From the IMG/VR virus record IMGVR_UViG_3300025325_000016: a stretch of DNA of 20,000 bases, one strand, 5' to 3'. This stretch comes from an uncultured virus (IMG/VR IMGVR_UViG_3300025325_000016). Taxonomy: Duplodnaviria; Heunggongvirae; Uroviricota; Caudoviricetes. Position 1 is the stretch's first letter; each line of letters begins with the position of its first letter. Positions 16,683-20,000 of this stretch are shown one piece after another. The notes below the pieces were generated by a model. That model ran no database searches and was not told the DNA's origin. It saw only the letters and a list, made by a program, of their open reading frames with translations. Both the position numbers and the translations under genes were made by a program.

Positions 16683-17747
16683 ATGAAGAAACTACAGATC
16701 GCCATCATCGTCATGGTGTTGCTCCTGAGCACCGGAGCCGGAATAGCAGTACCTGCTGTCTTCTCCTCGCAGACGCCCAGGGACACTCCTACTCCCGGAG
16801 GTACAGCCACGCGGGTAAGGGACACTGCTACTAGCGATCCAACTGCAACAGAGACGAATACCGATACCCCGCCTCCAACCATGACGGAGATGCAGGTTAC
16901 GTCTACAGACGAGCCTACAGCCACAGACGATCCTACCTTTACGCCTGAGCCCCCAACGGCTACACCAACAGCGGTGGATACACCCACACCTAGAGTAAGA
17001 CCCACTACGGCTGTCCCACCTTCTCCAACCGAGCGGGTCAGGCCTACGCTTACTCTAGAGCCAACCAATACTCCGGATGTGGACTTCACCCATACACCTA
17101 CGATTACCCGGCAACCCACTGCTACCGGGGTTCTCCCTTCCCCCACTATTACCCGCTGGCCTACCCCAACGCCGACTGGTAGTAGGTCGTCAACAAGTAC
17201 CCCCTACCCTACTCTGACCCCCTCTCCGGTTCGTACGCCTACACGCACTCCGGAACCAGTCAGAGCTCGCGTAGCCCTGGCAACCATTGATTGGGACAGG
17301 CTGATATATGTCGATCCATCGGTAACACCGACCCCTACTCCCTCGCTCACCCCGACGATCCCTCCCCTGATCACCATTACCGCCAATGAGATCATCGTCA
17401 GCGAGAACGTCCGCCGATCGCTCAAGATTGAGTTGCCGCCGCTGTATCGAGGCGTCACGTTCCTTAGCTACATCATCGTGGTTGTTTCGTTGGGGATGAT
17501 GAGCGCAGTCGTCTGGCAGCGTCGTAAGATTACGAGGTTCCCCAGGGTCGTCTACTGGCTGTTCTGGTTGATCCATGCGGCGGTTTATTTTACAGCCCTG
17601 ATCCTGAACAGCATTGGGCTGCTCACAATAGACTACAGCGATATCTTCTTCTTGAAGTGGTCGATCCTCCTGACATTCCACATTATTCTTACAGGAGCTA
17701 TCGTTACCATAGTTACGTTCCTAAAGGGTGTGGATACCAGTGGATAG
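16683..17747 (+). CDS. Signal-peptide-bearing Pro/Thr-rich (mucin-like) protein with about 3 C-terminal TM helices, 354 aa
   Basis: MKK plus a hydrophobic leader, about 200 aa of PT/TPT low complexity, then three hydrophobic segments. Confidence 0.75.
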   Translation: MKKLQIAIIVMVLLLSTGAGIAVPAVFSSQTPRDTPTPGGTATRVRDTATSDPTATETNTDTPPPTMTEMQVTSTDEPTATDDPTFTPEPPTATPTAVDTPTPRVRPTTAVPPSPTERVRPTLTLEPTNTPDVDFTHTPTITRQPTATGVLPSPTITRWPTPTPTGSRSSTSTPYPTLTPSPVRTPTRTPEPVRARVALATIDWDRLIYVDPSVTPTPTPSLTPTIPPLITITANEIIVSENVRRSLKIELPPLYRGVTFLSYIIVVVSLGMMSAVVWQRRKITRFPRVVYWLFWLIHAAVYFTALILNSIGLLTIDYSDIFFLKWSILLTFHIILTGAIVTIVTFLKGVDTSG

Positions 17748-18117
17748 TGCTGCTCTTTCGGATATCATCAAAGTCCTTCTTGGCTCTCTTGTAGGGGTGG
17801 GCCTGGCTGCAATCCTTCCCTTTGTCCTGGCGATGCGTAGGGAACGGGAGGACAAGCTCAACCTTGGCGCTGAGGCCACGCAGAAGTTCATTGGGGCAGC
17901 AGGCGCCCTCCAGGATGATTATCAGGAATTGCTGAAAGAGGTAAAAGAGCAGAAGAAGGAAGCGAGAGAGCTGGCTGCAACATATAAGGCAGAGATCGAA
18001 CAGCTCAGGGTGCAGATCATAGAGCTGCAAGCACAGATGGCAGGGCTCCAGGCGGGCATTGCCATACTGAGACAACAGGTCGAGAAACTCGGCGGGACAC
18101 CGGAGTATCCGAAATGA
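17740..18117 (+). CDS. Single-TM plus coiled-coil membrane protein (holin/antiholin-like lysis accessory)
   Basis: GTG 17740 is preferred over GTG 17728 because AAGGGTG lies 9 nt upstream. TM segment VLLGSLVGVGLAAILPFVLA is followed by RR and a heptad coiled coil ending LGGTP. Confidence 0.6.
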   Translation: MDSAALSDIIKVLLGSLVGVGLAAILPFVLAMRREREDKLNLGAEATQKFIGAAGALQDDYQELLKEVKEQKKEARELAATYKAEIEQLRVQIIELQAQMAGLQAGIAILRQQVEKLGGTPEYPK

Positions 18118-18737
18118 TACTTGCACATGAAGACATTCAAGAGACGCATAAGCAGGGCGACATCTTTATCGATCCGTTCAACCCCGAGCGCCTCAACCCG
18201 AACAGCTATGATGTATCTCTTGGTAACTGGTTTGTGTGGCTGCTGAGATACGAGCACGGCCTGCCGGTCTACTCCGACATCTGGAGCATGGCCGAGGGTG
18301 AGTGTGTCAAGGTGCCGCAAGGCGGCATGCTACTGGCTATTACAAGGGAACGGATTGGAGCACGGGGGAAACTCACTGCCGAGATCCGGGCCAAATCTTC
18401 AATCGAGAGAGGAGGTATCCATATCGCTCAATCTGCGGGCTTAGGTGATGTGGGCTACTACGACCAGCACTGGACAGTAGCTGTCACCAGTTCCGTAGGA
18501 GGAGCGGTGCTCAAGATAGGCCAACCGTTCGCTCAGGTCGTTTTCCATGAAACCAAGACTGCTACAGCTTATCCGTATACAGGCCAATATGCCAAGGATG
18601 ACTGGCCGTTCGCCATGCTCCCCATGCCACAGCGGAATCACTACAGGTATCTTACGTATGGGCAGGATGGTAGAATAAATATCGCTAACGATGACAGGCC
18701 GGTTGACAATAGTTGGCGTAACCTAATCGTTCGATAG
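18114..18737 (+). CDS. dcd: dCTP deaminase / trimeric dUTPase-superfamily protein (atypical active site)
   Basis: MIL...I...G.I.IDPF....LNPNSYDVSLG, KSS.ER.G, AGLGDVGY, G.PFAQVVF and Y.GQY. The usual WT[LM]E motif reads WTVA. Confidence 0.85.
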   Translation: MILAHEDIQETHKQGDIFIDPFNPERLNPNSYDVSLGNWFVWLLRYEHGLPVYSDIWSMAEGECVKVPQGGMLLAITRERIGARGKLTAEIRAKSSIERGGIHIAQSAGLGDVGYYDQHWTVAVTSSVGGAVLKIGQPFAQVVFHETKTATAYPYTGQYAKDDWPFAMLPMPQRNHYRYLTYGQDGRINIANDDRPVDNSWRNLIVR

Positions 18738-18747
18738 GAGAAATACT

Positions 18748-18948
18748 ATGCCATTACTGACTGCCGCTGCTCTCGCCGCTATGATGGAGAGCAAGCCCAA
18801 CTGGTCTGCCAGGGACACTGTTGTCGAAAGCCTGCAGGCTGCAGAAACGGCTGATCCGTCCGTTGTTCCCGAGCTGCCTGCGGAGTACGCACTCGCCGAT
18901 GTCGTCGAGGCGCTGGTCGCTTTGGGGTTGGTCACTGTAGCGTCCTGA
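18748..18948 (+). CDS. Small acidic protein, head-fibre/decoration-like C-terminal helix, 66 aa
   Basis: AGGAG SD; ends ADVVEALVALGLV. Confidence 0.55.
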   Translation: MPLLTAAALAAMMESKPNWSARDTVVESLQAAETADPSVVPELPAEYALADVVEALVALGLVTVAS

Positions 18949-18994
18949 TGGGTCGCTATCGGTTTATGGACGCTACTTTTCAAGGAGATAAGAA

Positions 18995-19234
18995 ATGCCA
19001 TTCGTTACACGAGATCAGTTAGTCACCATCTTTGGGGCGGGTCTCATCAAAGGGCCTGCGAACGTCGAGACCAAGCAGAGCTTCCTCAGCCAAGAAGGTG
19101 CCGGATATGTGGAAGACATGCTCAACGATCTTGAAGTCGCAGATCCGGTCGAAGTGGCCGATGATGCCAATGTCGCAGCCGTGGTTGCGGCACTCAAGAC
19201 CCTGGGCCTGTTCGTCGATCCAGGTTCGTCCTAA
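18995..19234 (+). CDS. Small acidic protein, likely paralog of 18748-18948, 79 aa
   Basis: AAGGAG SD; shares MPxxT...L, ExADP and AxVVxALxxLGL with the preceding gene. Confidence 0.55.
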   Translation: MPFVTRDQLVTIFGAGLIKGPANVETKQSFLSQEGAGYVEDMLNDLEVADPVEVADDANVAAVVAALKTLGLFVDPGSS

Positions 19235-19246
19235 GTAGGTGTGATT

Positions 19247-19513
19247 ATGCCTGTTATGCGTACCAGCAAGGGAAACGTTACACAAGCCGCTCGGAACAAG
19301 TCCGGCATGAAGGGAGACGAGGACAAGAAAGGTAAGTTCCCCGTCTTCGACGAGCGCAGTGCCCTGTCGGCGATCAAGCTCAGGCATAACGGCAAGGGCG
19401 TGACGGCTTCCGCTGTACTAAACAAGGTTGCGTCGTGGGCTAGGCGCAACAACAATAAGGCCGTTCTCAATGCCGTCGCCGCCGCAAGGCAGGCTGACGC
19501 CAAGCGAAAGTAG
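19247..19513 (+). CDS. Small basic protein, DUF6582-like FP[VI]xDxxxAxxA motif
   Basis: ATG 19247 follows AGGTG (alternative start GTG 19241). Contains GKFPVFDERSALSAIKL and is K/R-rich. Confidence 0.5.
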   Translation: MPVMRTSKGNVTQAARNKSGMKGDEDKKGKFPVFDERSALSAIKLRHNGKGVTASAVLNKVASWARRNNNKAVLNAVAAARQADAKRK

Positions 19514-19525
19514 GAGAATAATCTC

Positions 19526-19879
19526 ATGTTTCTCAGCACTTTGTTCCAGGAGGTCGATCCGACCTCCCTAACCTCCGTCCTCTTGTGGGTCATCGCTGGC
19601 CCTGGTGTGGTCTTTCTGGTCGGCAAGTTCCTCTCCATCCTGCTTGAGCTGTGGCCCAAGTGGGGCGAGTTTCCTACCAGCGTAAAGACCGTGGTGCCTA
19701 TCTTTCTGGCTGCTCTCCTGGGTGTTTCCGCTCAGCTCCTGATTGCACAGCCCGCCTTGATCGCCGCTATCGAACCCTGGTTCAAGGTCGTGATGATGGC
19801 TATTCTTGCCTGGGTTGCCAGTCAGGTTCAGTACATGGCTTCGAAGAGAGCAGAGTTCGGCGCACGCTTCCGGGAATAG
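19526..19879 (+). CDS. Putative holin, about 3 TM helices with basic C-terminus, 117 aa
   Basis: AGGAG SD, three hydrophobic segments and a charged tail KRAEFGARFRE. Last gene before the terminator. Confidence 0.6.
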   Translation: MFLSTLFQEVDPTSLTSVLLWVIAGPGVVFLVGKFLSILLELWPKWGEFPTSVKTVVPIFLAALLGVSAQLLIAQPALIAAIEPWFKVVMMAILAWVASQVQYMASKRAEFGARFRE

Positions 19880-19910
19880 GGTAAAATACCCTAGCGTCGT
19901 GTAGCTCCAA

Positions 19911-19950
19911 AGAGACCCTCTGGACATAATCCAGAGGGTCTCTAGTTTTT
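19911..19950 (+). terminator. Intrinsic terminator candidate
   Basis: Perfect 14-bp stem AGAGACCCTCTGGA / TCCAGAGGGTCTCT with a CATAA loop, followed by AGTTTTT. Confidence 0.7.
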
Positions 19951-20000
19951 GGGGAGGCAGTTTGCGGTTCGTCAACCGGGGTGGTCTGCCTCCAAGCACC

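Noticed and set aside
1178..17766. Frequent GATATC and other 6-bp palindromes as a signal
   Set aside because: Largely explicable by Asp-Ile codon pairs, and not testable without a codon-aware background.
13675..19879. Genome-wide TAG stop-codon reassignment
   Set aside because: All long genes are intact in the standard code, and TAG ends genes at 15695, 17747 and 18737 with the next gene out of frame.
19877..20000. tRNA gene
   Set aside because: The hairpins do not form a cloverleaf, and there is no properly placed T-loop or anticodon arm.

Overview
A single co-oriented (+ strand), tightly packed late-gene region of a tailed dsDNA phage or prophage, probably siphovirus-like. A Chloroflexota-type host is only a guess from protein style. 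Gene order: 5'-truncated tape measure protein, Dit-like protein, 1325-aa Tal/hub-like protein, spike-like protein, an AT-richer orphan, then an internal sigma70-type promoter with a hairpin-rich leader. A modular fibre cassette follows: a small fibre subunit, two tandem paralogous beta-sandwich proteins, two repeat-bearing proteins and a BppU-like adaptor. The extended lysis region holds a GH25-SH3 endolysin, a Pro/Thr-rich membrane protein, a TM-coiled-coil protein, a dCTP-deaminase homolog apparently lacking the catalytic Glu, three small genes, a 3-TM holin-like gene and a terminator. The most striking unexplained signal is the palindrome (G)CCTCAGAC-N1-2-GTCTGAGG, present four times about 3.6-6.4 kb apart. 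Three copies sit inside unrelated genes in different codon contexts and one lies directly before a ribosome-binding site. All family assignments come from motif recognition by eye, not database searches.
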